Of a DNA stretch of 64,000 nt, positions 18,351 through 27,578 are shown in pieces. The notes beneath the pieces are model-generated. The model was not told the origin of the DNA. It saw nothing but the letters and a program-made list of their open reading frames with translations, and searched no databases. Numbering within the stretch: the first letter of the stretch is position 1; every line of letters begins with the position of its first letter. Made by a program: the position numbers and the translations under genes. Origin of the DNA: Terriglobales bacterium (GTDB taxonomy: Bacteria; Acidobacteriota; Terriglobia; Terriglobales; Acidobacteriaceae); contig JBOGLD010000112.1 in assembly GCA_050745885.1 (NCBI GenBank), positions 11,386 to 75,385 on the forward strand, in the 5' to 3' direction.

Positions 18351-19474
18351 ATGATCCGATCCGTTGTCGTTCTTCTGTGCCTCTCGGCGTTTGCGGCCGC
18401 TCAACCGATCGGCCCGCTGGGGGGACTGTCGAATCTCAGTGATGCGGCTTCCCGGCGGGCTTCAAGCGCCGACCCTTCCGGCGGCAATGCGGACTGGGTG
18501 GAAGTGAAGGCCAATCCACCATCACCCTGGCGGATATCCCGGGCGCGGGTGCCATCCGCCACATCTGGTTCACCATCAACTCACCCAGCCCCTTTCATTT
18601 GCGCGAACTGGTGCTCCGGATGTACTGGGACGGCGAAACCGAGCCCAGCGTGGAAGTCCCGATCGGTGACTTCTTCGGAACGGGATTCGAGTATGAAGAT
18701 GTTCCCGGCGGGCATCGCGGCCAAAAATATCAATCCTGGTGGTCCTTACCCATCACCGTGCAGGACCGCGCCATGAATTGTTACTTCGAGATGCCATTCG
18801 GGAAGGGTGCACGCCTGACGCTTAGCAACGATGGAACGCAGGACGTGCCCAATCTCTACTTCCACATCGACTATCAGCAGTATCGCGACGCGCGGGCGGT
18901 GGCCGACAAGGGCCGTTTTCATGCGCAATGGCGGCACGAACTGACCCGGGCCGTTCCTGAATCCGAATCAGGGGGAAAGAACCTGGATGGCAAGAATAAC
19001 TATGTTTTCATGGAGGCCAAGGGCAAGGGTCAATATGTGGGGACAATCCTCAACGTCTTCGGGCGTTCGACGGGATGGTGGGGTGAAGGTGACGATATGT
19101 TCTTTATCGACGGAGAAACCGGGCGCGCGACCATTAATGGGACCGGGATGGAAGACTACTTCAACAACGCGTGGATGTTTCAGAAAGAGTTTAACTATCC
19201 GTTTATCGGGTATTCGCAGCAGGGAAACCGGGACTGGACGGGCAGCCACACCATGTACCGGTTCCACATCGAAGACCCTATTTACTTTCAGAAGTCTCTG
19301 CGCGCCACCATTGAACACGGACATGCCAACGATCGTGAGGACGACTATACCAGCGTGGCCTTCTGGTACCAGACCGAGCCACACCAAAGGCTGTGGCCTT
19401 TACCGCCGGTCAAGGAACGGCTGCCTAGTGCCTTCTGGAAACTTCAGAAGCTCGATCAGAATCTGCCGAACTGA
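18351..19474 (+). pseudogene. DUF2961-family secreted protein gene interrupted by an apparent 1-nt deletion near 18512-18518
   Basis: AGGAGG then ATG at 18351 gives a signal peptide and ...SSADPSGGNADWVEVKAN in one frame. The conserved continuation (TITLADIPGAGAIRHIWFTINSPSPFHLRELVLRMYWDGETEPSVEVPIGDFFG...) is in the -1 frame and runs to 19474. Both frames are open across the junction. Confidence 0.75.
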
Positions 19475-19612
19475 ACGGCTTGGCTCGCGGCGTGGGAACA
19501 CTTTGTGAACGCCAGCCTGGTGTACGCGACGCGGACGCCACAGCCATGCTTCGCCCTCTCAGACAGCGCCGCGCCGAATCTGCCGCGACGTCTGAAGTCG
19601 CATGCGAACCTC

Positions 19613-20022
19613 CTAGTGACTCGGCAAGGCTGAAACCCCAGTGCCCGGCCACACCGGACTGAGGGTAGTGCGAATCACGTCCATCAGTTCGTTGTTGTCG
19701 GCGGGCTTTTGCAGAAAGGCGCAAGCCCCCGCCTTGAGGGTGCGATCCCGGTTGTACTGGGGATCGCGCGCCGTCAACACGATGACGGGGATTGAGGAAA
19801 GCTGGGCGCTCTGCTGCAGGCGATCGAGCACCACAAAGCCGTCGCCCGCGGGCAGGCCAATGTCGAGAATGATCAGGTCCGGCCGTTCCTTCTGGGCCAT
19901 GGCAATCGCGGAAAAGCCATCGGTGGCATAGGCGGTGTCGAAGTGGCTGCGCGCAAGCGCAGGTTTAGACCCCGTCTCAAGTCGGGATCATCGTCAACGA
20001 TCAGGATCTTAGGCTTCTCCAT
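19613..20022 (-). pseudogene. Single-domain response regulator gene interrupted by an apparent 1-nt deletion near 19946-19952
   Basis: AAGGAG then ATG at 20022 gives MEKPKILIVDDDPDLRRGLNLRLRA. The receiver domain continues in another frame (SHFDTAYATDGFSAIAMAQKERPDLIILDIGLPAGDGFVVLDRL...VIVLTARD...LKAGACAFLQKP), which the track reports as the 19613..19900 ORF. Confidence 0.75.
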
Positions 20023-20207
20023 TGTGTGTCTCCTTAAGTTTTTCTAATTCCCATTTTCCTGTTGAACCGCCACCAAACACCACGGCCAGGTCTGGGCGGA
20101 AGCGGAACTGCCGGGCGGGCCAGTCAGGCAGGCGCTGGCGGAGCGCAATAGTCGGGACGGCGGTATCTATGTGATTGAAATTCGCGGGCTGCGGAAGGCG
20201 CACAAGT

Positions 20208-20852
20208 CTAGCGCCGGTATGTCCCCATCCACTCCGCCTGGGCGAGTATAAAATTTTGCAGCGCCTGTTCTACTTCCTGCCGACTCGCTCCCGGCTGGAG
20301 ATCAAGCTTTCGCTTGAGAGCGTAGATTTTGAAAAAGTAACGATGAGGTTTGCCCGGGGGCGGACAGGGGCCGTTGTATCCGATCTTGCGGAAATCGTTG
20401 CGGCCTTGCCGCTCGCCGCCCGGCAGTTCATCAATTTTGTTCACGCCCTCGGCCAAGCTGTTGGTGGTGGCGGGCAAGTCGAATAGTACCCAGTGGGTCC
20501 AGGTGCCACCGGGCGCATCGGGGTCGTCAGCGATGAGCGTGAAGGTCTGGGTCCCGGGCGGCGGCTCGGTCCACGAGAGTTCGGGGGACACATCCGCGCC
20601 GTCGCAGGTGAACTTCCTGGGAATATCGCCGCCATTCGGAAAGGCTGAACTGGAGATTGCAAATGCCATCTGACCTGCTCCGGGTGCCGGGACGGCTAAG
20701 GGCGGTCCGGCCTGGACTGCGGGTGCGCTCATCACGAAAGCGCCCGCGACGAAAAGCACTAATCCAAAAGGATCAAATCGTTTTTTCCAATTCCTGATCC
20801 GGGTGAATCCACGCAAATCCGTGGCTGCGGTTCTTGTCAGCTCAACGATCAT
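20208..20852 (-). CDS. YbhB/YbcL-family phosphatidylethanolamine-binding (PEBP / Raf-kinase-inhibitor-like) protein
   Basis: PEBP motifs are present: FTLIADDPDAPGGTWTHWVLFDLP and GYNGPCPPPGKPHRYFFKIYAL. The N-terminus is signal-like. Its ATG overlaps the upstream TonB stop as ATGA. Confidence 0.85.
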   Translation of the reverse strand: MIVELTRTAATDLRGFTRIRNWKKRFDPFGLVLFVAGAFVMSAPAVQAGPPLAVPAPGAGQMAFAISSSAFPNGGDIPRKFTCDGADVSPELSWTEPPPGTQTFTLIADDPDAPGGTWTHWVLFDLPATTNSLAEGVNKIDELPGGERQGRNDFRKIGYNGPCPPPGKPHRYFFKIYALKRKLDLQPGASRQEVEQALQNFILAQAEWMGTYRR

Positions 20853-21676
20853 TGAGTCGAGATCGTGAAGTTTACCGTAATGCGGGCTTCAGTTTCGACC
20901 GCTTGACCGGATTGCAGGTACGGTCTGAAACGCCATTGCTTGACTGCTTCCCGAGCCGCCGTCGAAAGAATCGTAGGTCCGCTGAGGACATGCAGGTCCT
21001 GAATATTCCCGTCGCGTCCGATCAGGGCTTCCAGCACGACCGCACCCTGAACCTTCATCTGTTTGGCCAATAGGGGATAGTTGGGTTCAACCGGGCGGGA
21101 AAGAATCTGGGCGGCGCCCGGGGATATCTGAACGCGTCCCGTGGCATCGGCCACACCGGTGGATTCCGCAGGCTGGGGAGACGGGCTGGGGGAAGACGGC
21201 GGTGGGTAGGACGCGAAAGGCGTTCTGGGCTGCAGATCCACTCTGACTGAGTTGCTGCTCGCCTGAACGGTTCTGCGCTCGTCCCCAGCCACTACTTCCA
21301 CTTCGAGTGGGGGAAGCACGGCACGGCTCATGACCACGGGAGCCAAAGCGGGTGCCGGGTTTTCCTCTACAGCCGCTGGGGGTGGAGTGCGCGGCTTCGG
21401 CTTGCGCTTCGCGGGAACCGCCGCTGGCAGCGCCTCAGTGGTCGGCGCGTCGGACTGCGCACTCAGGTCGGGCGATTGCTCTTCGACAGGTTCCGCTTCT
21501 GACTGGGCAGTGGGTGCGGGCGGAAACCAGAAATCGCGGTCTTTGATAAGAACAAGAATCAGAGCTGCCAGCAGCAGGGCCAGAGCAATGAGCATTTGCC
21601 GGCGCTGTTTCTGTTCGGAATCATCCCCCACGGAAGGTGTGATGTCGGTGACTTGCTTTTCCTCCAACAACGGCAT
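20849..21676 (-). CDS. TonB-family energy transducer protein
   Basis: N-terminal anchor (MLIALALLLAALILVLI), a Pro/Ala-rich spacer, and a TonB C-terminal domain (PVEPNYPLLAKQMKVQGAVVLEALIGRDGNIQDLHVLSG...AVKQWRFRPY). Confidence 0.8.
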   Translation of the reverse strand: MPLLEEKQVTDITPSVGDDSEQKQRRQMLIALALLLAALILVLIKDRDFWFPPAPTAQSEAEPVEEQSPDLSAQSDAPTTEALPAAVPAKRKPKPRTPPPAAVEENPAPALAPVVMSRAVLPPLEVEVVAGDERRTVQASSNSVRVDLQPRTPFASYPPPSSPSPSPQPAESTGVADATGRVQISPGAAQILSRPVEPNYPLLAKQMKVQGAVVLEALIGRDGNIQDLHVLSGPTILSTAAREAVKQWRFRPYLQSGQAVETEARITVNFTISTQ

Positions 21677-21892
21677 GACGCGGCGCCCTCCCGCCCGCAG
21701 GGGAGACGGGCCTGCCGCCTAGTATGCCTCGAAATTTCACTCTAATCCAGCGAAACTCGTGGTTGGTGCGCTATGGCCTCAATACCAGGAATGAGGGCGG
21801 GCAAAAGCACCGGGGAAGGGTGGTTGAGAGTCGATTGGAAATGAAAGACTTACGCTGCAAGGTACCGCTATCGGCTGCGTGTCTGGGTCGCG

Positions 21893-21934
21893 CAAAAACA
21901 ACAACGCCCGGCTCGCACAGAAGCGGCCGGGCGT
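21893..21934 (-). terminator. Rho-independent terminator after the 39-aa ORF
   Basis: On the minus strand, ACGCCCGGC...GCCGGGCGT forms a 9-bp GC-rich stem followed by TTGTTGTTTTTG. Confidence 0.6.
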
Positions 21935-21948
21935 TTATCCCTGTTCCT

Positions 21949-22068
21949 TCAGGCAGACTTTTTCAAGTCAGTCGGGAACACAATAATTTTTCCACGCTGC
22001 TCCGAGGGCACCCACTTCACCTTCGGCTTGAAGCGGGTCGGAATGTAGAACGCAATCACCTGTGCCAT
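21949..22068 (-). CDS. Small ORF, 39 aa (MAQVIAFYIPTRFKPKVKWVPSEQRGKIIVFPTDLKKSA)
   Basis: Below the 60-aa track cut-off and found by reading the minus strand. GGAGGATGAT lies immediately before the ATG at 22068, and the terminator hairpin follows directly after the stop. Confidence 0.45.
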   Translation of the reverse strand: MAQVIAFYIPTRFKPKVKWVPSEQRGKIIVFPTDLKKSA

Positions 22069-22256
22069 ATCATCCTCCGATCAACAGCAGCCCACCCATC
22101 TTGCTGGCATCACCGTGCCAGGTGTCCTGCTCCGTTGTTTATTTAGATGCGGATGGAGCGTCGAAGACGCAGCCAGAGGCGTGATTATGCTGCGCAACTT
22201 TTGCGGGGCGTCGGGGTTTCGTGTCGGTCGCGAGTGCGGTTCGTAGTGAAAATGTT

Positions 22257-23534
22257 TCAGCAGACGAGTTGATCGCGTTTCAGCTTCAGCCCGTTGAGGT
22301 TGCCGAGAACCGTCACCGCAATCGATTCCGTCTGGAAGAATTCATTGGCCAGTTCGGTCAACTGCTCGACCGTGACGCTCTCGATCCGTTCGATCAGCTC
22401 GTCGAGGCTGTAGAAGCGGTCGAAGTACATTTCCTGCCGGGCCAGATTGGACATGCGTGCAGTCGAGGATTCGAGCGACAGCATCAGGCTGCCCTTCAAT
22501 TGATCTTTGGATCGGCGAAGCTCATCCTCAGGAACAGGTTCCAACTTGAGCTTGCGGAACTCGGAAACAACCGACTGCACAACCTTAGCCGCAGACTCGC
22601 GCGAGGTTCCGGCATAAACCGAGAGACATCCGGTATCGCGGTAGGGCGATAAATCGCTATAGATGGCGTAGGCCAGGCCCTGGCGTTCGCGAATATTCTG
22701 AAACAGGCGCGAACTCATGCCGCCCCCGAGCAGGGTATTCAATATGTAGGAAGCATGCCGCTTTTCGTGGGCGATGGGATGAGACGGCACGCCCACGCAG
22801 ATTTGCACCTGCTCCAGCGCCTTCTTGTTGCGCATGATGATGCGAGGCGCAACCGTGGGCGGAACACCGTGGAAGCCGTTCTTTACCGGCTTCATGTGCT
22901 CGAAGTGCTTGGCCACCAGGTCCACGAATTGCTCGTGCTTCAAATGACCCGCGGCAGAAATGATCATATTGCCGGGCGCAAAACGTTGCTGGTAAAAATC
23001 CAGCACCGGATTGCGCTCGAATTTCTTGACCGTGTCTTTGGTCCCCAGGATGGGTTTACCCAGGGGATGATCTTTCCAGAAATTCTGGGTAAAGATTTCG
23101 TGGACCAGGTAGTCCGGATTGTCCTCGTCCATTTTTATTTCTTCGAGGATCACGCCACGCTCGCGGCCGATGTCAGTGGCGTCGAAGACCGGGTTCAACA
23201 CCAGGTCGCTGAGCACATCCATGGCGATGGGCAGATGTTCGTCCAGCACCTTTACGTTAAAGCCGATGCACTCTTTGGCGGTAAAGGCGTCCATGTTGCC
23301 GCCGATGGAGTCGACCTGGCGAGCGATTTCCTCCGCGCTGCGGTGCTTCGTACCATTGAACACCATGTGCTCAATGAAGTGCGAGATGCCATTCCACTGC
23401 AGGTCTTCGTCGCGGGAGCCAGTCTTGATCCAGATTCCAATTGAGGCGGACCGAATGTGCTCCATTTCCTCGGTAATGAGGATCAGCCCGTTGGCTAAGA
23501 CCTCGCGACGTATGTTGCGAACCTCCGGCACCAT
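22257..23534 (-). CDS. M16-family (pitrilysin/insulinase-like) zinc peptidase
   Basis: 425-aa ORF with the inverted zinc motif HxxEH (GISHFIEHMVFNGT) and typical M16 N- and C-domain organisation. Confidence 0.85.
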   Translation of the reverse strand: MVPEVRNIRREVLANGLILITEEMEHIRSASIGIWIKTGSRDEDLQWNGISHFIEHMVFNGTKHRSAEEIARQVDSIGGNMDAFTAKECIGFNVKVLDEHLPIAMDVLSDLVLNPVFDATDIGRERGVILEEIKMDEDNPDYLVHEIFTQNFWKDHPLGKPILGTKDTVKKFERNPVLDFYQQRFAPGNMIISAAGHLKHEQFVDLVAKHFEHMKPVKNGFHGVPPTVAPRIIMRNKKALEQVQICVGVPSHPIAHEKRHASYILNTLLGGGMSSRLFQNIRERQGLAYAIYSDLSPYRDTGCLSVYAGTSRESAAKVVQSVVSEFRKLKLEPVPEDELRRSKDQLKGSLMLSLESSTARMSNLARQEMYFDRFYSLDELIERIESVTVEQLTELANEFFQTESIAVTVLGNLNGLKLKRDQLVC

Positions 23535-23707
23535 GTAAGTATTGTTGCATAGTGTAACCGGCTCCGGCTAATGTCCAGTTATCCATTTAGAATCAATACT
23601 TTAATGGGTATCATTCAATGTTTCTCTGCAAAATGGGAGGGCTTGGGCCCGCGGGAGGCAGTATCTTCTACAATCGACCTGGGGCGAATTTGAGTGCTGG
23701 GTGGCTC

Positions 23708-23752
23708 TTTACCGCAAAGGTCGCAAAGAGCGCCGCAAAGGACGCAAAGGCC
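23708..23752 (+). repeat. REP-like tandem CGCAAAG repeat block (4 units)
   Basis: The block reads CTTTACCGCAAAGGTCGCAAAGAGCGCCGCAAAGGACGCAAAGGCC. The same family occurs as an inverted pair at 27391-27507. Confidence 0.7.
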
Positions 23753-23777
23753 TAGGACCTGCTCAGAGTTATTTGCC

Positions 23778-24896
23778 ATGGATTACGCTGTGGATAGATC
23801 GCTGTTAGGACTCGAGCTTACCGAACTGGCGGCGCTGGCGGAGGAGTTCGGGCAACCTCCGTACCGTGCCCGCCAGCTGTTTGAAGGTCTTTACCGTCAG
23901 AGAGTTGAAACCAGCGAGCAGATTTCGACCCTGCCCCAGGACTTTCGACAGCGCCTGTCGGAGAAGGGAATTTCCGTCGGCCTTCCCCGCGTGGAGAAGA
24001 AATTCGTCTCGGGTGACGGAACTGTCCGCTATCTGGTGGGGTGTGCTGACGGACTAAGCGTGGAAACGGTCTGGATGCCGGAAGGAGATGGAGGAGAAGC
24101 AGGCGACGGCAGCGAGGCGGGCGACCAAAAGGAAACGGCAGGCCGTACCTGGGAACGTGCCACCATTTGTGTGTCCAGCCAGGTGGGTTGCGCGGTGGAT
24201 TGCCAGTTCTGCCTCACCGCGCAGTTGGGAATAAAGCGGAACCTGACAGCCGGAGAGATCGTCGGACAAGTGTGCGCCGTGCTGAACGATCAAAGCGTTT
24301 CTCTGCCTCTGCACCGCATCAACCTGGTTTTTATGGGAATGGGCGAGCCCTTCCTGAACTACGGAAATTTTATGAAGGCCGTCCATCTTCTAGTCGAGGG
24401 AGTGGGCATTACGGAATCGCGCATGACGGTATCGACGGCAGGGATCGTGCCTGCCATCTGCGATTTTGGATTGGAGCCGGTGCGCCCCAAAATCGCGATC
24501 TCGCTCAATGCCTCGAATGACGAATTGCGTACCCGGCTCATGCCGATCAATCGCAAGTGGAACCTGGAAAAGCTGATGGCTGCGGCCCGGGAGTTCCCGC
24601 TGCGGAACCGGGAGAAGCTGACGTTCGAATACGTGTTGCTGGACGGAGTCAACGACTCCGCCGAGAATGCGCGCGAGGTGGTGGAGTTGGTTCGCGGCCT
24701 GCGGGCGAAGCTGAACCTGATTGCGCTGAATCCCGGACCCGGTATTGATTTCCGCACACCAGCGCAGGAACGAGTATTGCAATTCCAGAATATTTTACGA
24801 GCCGCCGGGGTGCCTGCGTTCGTGCGCCGTCCTCGGGGCCGCGATATCTACGCTGCCTGCGGACAGTTGAAGCGCACCTTGGACCTGGCATCGTAA
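23778..24896 (+). CDS. rlmN: 23S rRNA/tRNA adenine-C2 methyltransferase RlmN (radical SAM)
   Basis: Radical-SAM CxxxCxxC motif (VSSQVGCAVDCQFCLT) and RlmN-typical N-terminus (FGQPPYRARQLFEGLY) and C-terminus (GRDIYAACGQL). The ATG at 23778 is preferred because the track start at 23694 reads through the repeat block. Confidence 0.9.
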   Translation: MDYAVDRSLLGLELTELAALAEEFGQPPYRARQLFEGLYRQRVETSEQISTLPQDFRQRLSEKGISVGLPRVEKKFVSGDGTVRYLVGCADGLSVETVWMPEGDGGEAGDGSEAGDQKETAGRTWERATICVSSQVGCAVDCQFCLTAQLGIKRNLTAGEIVGQVCAVLNDQSVSLPLHRINLVFMGMGEPFLNYGNFMKAVHLLVEGVGITESRMTVSTAGIVPAICDFGLEPVRPKIAISLNASNDELRTRLMPINRKWNLEKLMAAAREFPLRNREKLTFEYVLLDGVNDSAENAREVVELVRGLRAKLNLIALNPGPGIDFRTPAQERVLQFQNILRAAGVPAFVRRPRGRDIYAACGQLKRTLDLAS

Positions 24897-25047
24897 CTGA
24901 TTGGGACCGCATGCTAGCGGTTGCATCACTTTCGGGGCAGTCTGCTTTGCTGGCACTTGCCGCCCGAGGGTGAGACGCCCTCGGGACAGCCGGCAAGACG
25001 CCGGCACTTGAAACCGAAGATCCTAGTTTCTCGAAGACCCTGGCTTC

Positions 25048-27318
25048 CTATTTTCCTTTCTCCAGTTCCTGCGCCGCCGAGTCGACAAGGGCTGCTTCAT
25101 CCTGCAGGGCGCTGGCCGCGCGCACAATCTGCTCGTCTGCCTCTTTCCATTTTTTTTGTTCGATGGCCTCGCGCACGCCCGGTATCGTCTTGACGCCGTA
25201 GCCGGTGTACGCGCCGGGAGCGTAGATCAAATGCTCGAACCAGGGACGGCCCGTCAGTCCTTCTGGGGAGGCGAGCTTGCGCTCGCTCTGCATCAGTTGC
25301 TCATTGAGCGCTTGCAGTACAGCCGGGCTTACCGCCAGCTCTCCGTTGGCGCTGACTTTTTCCAGCGCTTTCTGATATAGCTCCGCACTGTGAGTAAGCG
25401 CATCTGACGCGTTCTGCAAGGGTGCGAAATTCAGGTGCGGCGGTACTTCCTCGGCGGGAGGCGGAGTCGAGGTTTTCCTGGGGTCGGCAATCGCCGAGAA
25501 AACTCCCTCCTGAAGTTCCTGGTTGCGTTCGACGGCTTCGTCCTTTTTTGTCTGCAAAAGCCTTTGCAATTCGTCGAGGTAGCGGTGGATGGTGTCCGCC
25601 AGACCGGTGAAATCGTAAGGCAGCAGGTCGGCATCGGCCAGCCTCATGACCGCGGTCCCCGCCGTCTGCGAAAGCGCGCGGCCGTAGGTGAAATCGGTGT
25701 CCGAGAAATGTGTGTACCAGTAGAAATCATCGTAGATGGAATGGTAAATTCCGCCACCGTCTTCGTCGCCATAGCTCAAGTCCAAGGAAGCGACGCCCAG
25801 ATGGTCGAGAAAGACCGTCCAGTCCGAGCCCGAGCCCAGGGCATCAATGCGCAGGTCAGGGCGTTCGCGCACTTCCTTCCGCTCTTCGGGAGTCTTGGCA
25901 TCGGCGATGGCCTTGAGCTGGTCGCGCTTCCAGACCGTGATCTTTGTCTCGGGATCTGCAATGTCCCGGGCGACGCCATTGATGAATCTCTCCAGCGAAT
26001 GCGAGCCGCCCATGTTGAGATAGCCGCGAGCGTTGGCGTCGCTGTTGATGTAAGCCACCGTATGCTGGCGAAGTTCATTTGCATGGGCCTCGCCCCACTC
26101 GGTGGAGCCCAGCAGTCCGGGTTCCTCGCCATCCCAAACGCAATAGATAATGGTGCGCTTCGGCTTCCAGCCCTGCTGGAGCAGTGTGGCGAAGGCGCGC
26201 GCTTCTTCCATCAGAGCGACCGTGCCCGAAACCGGGTCCTCGGCGCCGTTCACCCAGGCATCATGATGATTTCCGCGCACCACCCACTCGTCAGGGAGGG
26301 TTGCGCCCGGGATTTTCACGATTACGTCGTAGATCGGCTTGACGTCCCAATTGGATTGCACCTTGAGGTGAACTTTGGCCGGACCTGGTCCCACGTGGTA
26401 GGTCTGGGGCAGGGAGCCGCGCCAGTCCTCGGGAACCACTTCTCCCTTCAGCGCTGCCAGCAGGGGCTGCGCGTCCGCATAGGAAATGGGTAGTACGGGA
26501 ATTTTGGTGATGGTTTTTACATCTTTAAGGTCCAGACGCTTGGCATCTTTCGTGGCACCCACGCCGGGGGTGAGGGGATCGCCGGGATAAATGGGCATGT
26601 CCATCACACTGCCGCGTTGCACGCCCTCGCGGGGACGCCAGGCGCCGTTGGGGAAGACGTCGCCCTGAACGTAGCCATCCTCGGCCGGGTCGGAATAAAT
26701 GAGGCAGCCGACTGCGCCATGCTCGGCCGCGACCTTGGGTTTGATACCGCGCCAGGAATGCCCGTAACGCGCGATCACAATCGCGCCCTTGACCGAGACG
26801 CCCATTCGGTCGAGCTGCTCGTAGTCATCCGGGATGCCGTAGTTGACATAGACCAGCGGGGCGGTGACATCGCCATCGGCCGAGTAGGCGTTGTAGGTGG
26901 GAAGCTGTTCGGCTTGCTGGTTGGAGGTAGGATCGACCGCCAGCGCGGGTTCCTGCAGTTTGGCGGTGAATTTTGTGGGCTCGAGCAGCTCCACGACCCG
27001 CACTTTTGGAGTGGGAAACAGAACATTGAAAGTCTCGATGTTCGCATTCAGACCCCACTCCTTGAATTTGGTCAGCATCCATTCGGCATTGTCCTTGTCG
27101 TAGGGCGAACCGACATGGTGCGGGCGCGCGGATAATCGCTGCATGTAGTCACGCTGGTTCTGGGGCTCGGGGATAGCGCGGAACTTCGCTTCCCAATCCC
27201 GCTGGCTGTGGGACGAAGCCGCGGAATAACCGTGCAGGGGTTGTTCAGTATCAGAAGATGCAGCCAAAAGCAGGAAACAGGAAAGAGCGAGCAAAGAGAT
27301 CCGGGCGCCAGAGCGCAT
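25048..27318 (-). CDS. M28-family metallopeptidase with PA and transferrin-receptor-like dimerisation domains (glutamate carboxypeptidase II-like)
   Basis: 756-aa ORF with a signal peptide (ISLLALSCFLLLAAS). The PA-domain region (YVNYGIPDDYEQLDRMGVSVKGAIVIARYG), the M28 core (VVRGNHHDAWVNGAEDPVSG...WDGEEPGLLGSTEW) and the C-terminal helical dimerisation-like region are all recognisable. Confidence 0.8.
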   Translation of the reverse strand: MRSGARISLLALSCFLLLAASSDTEQPLHGYSAASSHSQRDWEAKFRAIPEPQNQRDYMQRLSARPHHVGSPYDKDNAEWMLTKFKEWGLNANIETFNVLFPTPKVRVVELLEPTKFTAKLQEPALAVDPTSNQQAEQLPTYNAYSADGDVTAPLVYVNYGIPDDYEQLDRMGVSVKGAIVIARYGHSWRGIKPKVAAEHGAVGCLIYSDPAEDGYVQGDVFPNGAWRPREGVQRGSVMDMPIYPGDPLTPGVGATKDAKRLDLKDVKTITKIPVLPISYADAQPLLAALKGEVVPEDWRGSLPQTYHVGPGPAKVHLKVQSNWDVKPIYDVIVKIPGATLPDEWVVRGNHHDAWVNGAEDPVSGTVALMEEARAFATLLQQGWKPKRTIIYCVWDGEEPGLLGSTEWGEAHANELRQHTVAYINSDANARGYLNMGGSHSLERFINGVARDIADPETKITVWKRDQLKAIADAKTPEERKEVRERPDLRIDALGSGSDWTVFLDHLGVASLDLSYGDEDGGGIYHSIYDDFYWYTHFSDTDFTYGRALSQTAGTAVMRLADADLLPYDFTGLADTIHRYLDELQRLLQTKKDEAVERNQELQEGVFSAIADPRKTSTPPPAEEVPPHLNFAPLQNASDALTHSAELYQKALEKVSANGELAVSPAVLQALNEQLMQSERKLASPEGLTGRPWFEHLIYAPGAYTGYGVKTIPGVREAIEQKKWKEADEQIVRAASALQDEAALVDSAAQELEKGK

Positions 27319-27390
27319 TCATTTCCTCCGTGGAGAGTCGATCACTGTGATCATGATTTCGGTGAACTTGGCATTATAGCGGCTCGCTTG

Positions 27391-27507
27391 GCGTCCTTTG
27401 CGGTAGTTCTTTGCGTCCTTTGCGGGTTAAGCCTTTGGGACTATTTAGCCGAGGTCAAAATCTTTACCGCAAAAGACGCAAAGAACGGCCCGCAAAGGGC
27501 GCGAAGG
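27391..27507. repeat. Inverted pair of REP-like CGCAAAG repeat blocks
   Basis: The left arm GCGTCCTTTGCGGTAGTTCTTTGCGTCCTTTGCGG (27391-27425) is the reverse orientation of the right arm CTTTACCGCAAAAGACGCAAAGAACGGCCCGCAAAGGGCGCGAAGG (27462-27507). They are separated by a ~36-nt spacer in the divergent M28/S9 peptidase intergenic region. Confidence 0.7.
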
Positions 27508-27578
27508 AGCGTGCAGGGCTGGTCGCGTCCACATTCGGTTTGGCAGATTACAAATCAACGGAGTAGGCTTTCTGTCCT

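Noticed and set aside
23708-27507. CGCAAAG repeat blocks considered as a possible CRISPR array.
   Set aside because: The repeat period is only about 10 nt, there are no unique spacers, there are only 3-4 units per block, and no cas genes are present. The blocks fit REP/BIME-like elements instead.
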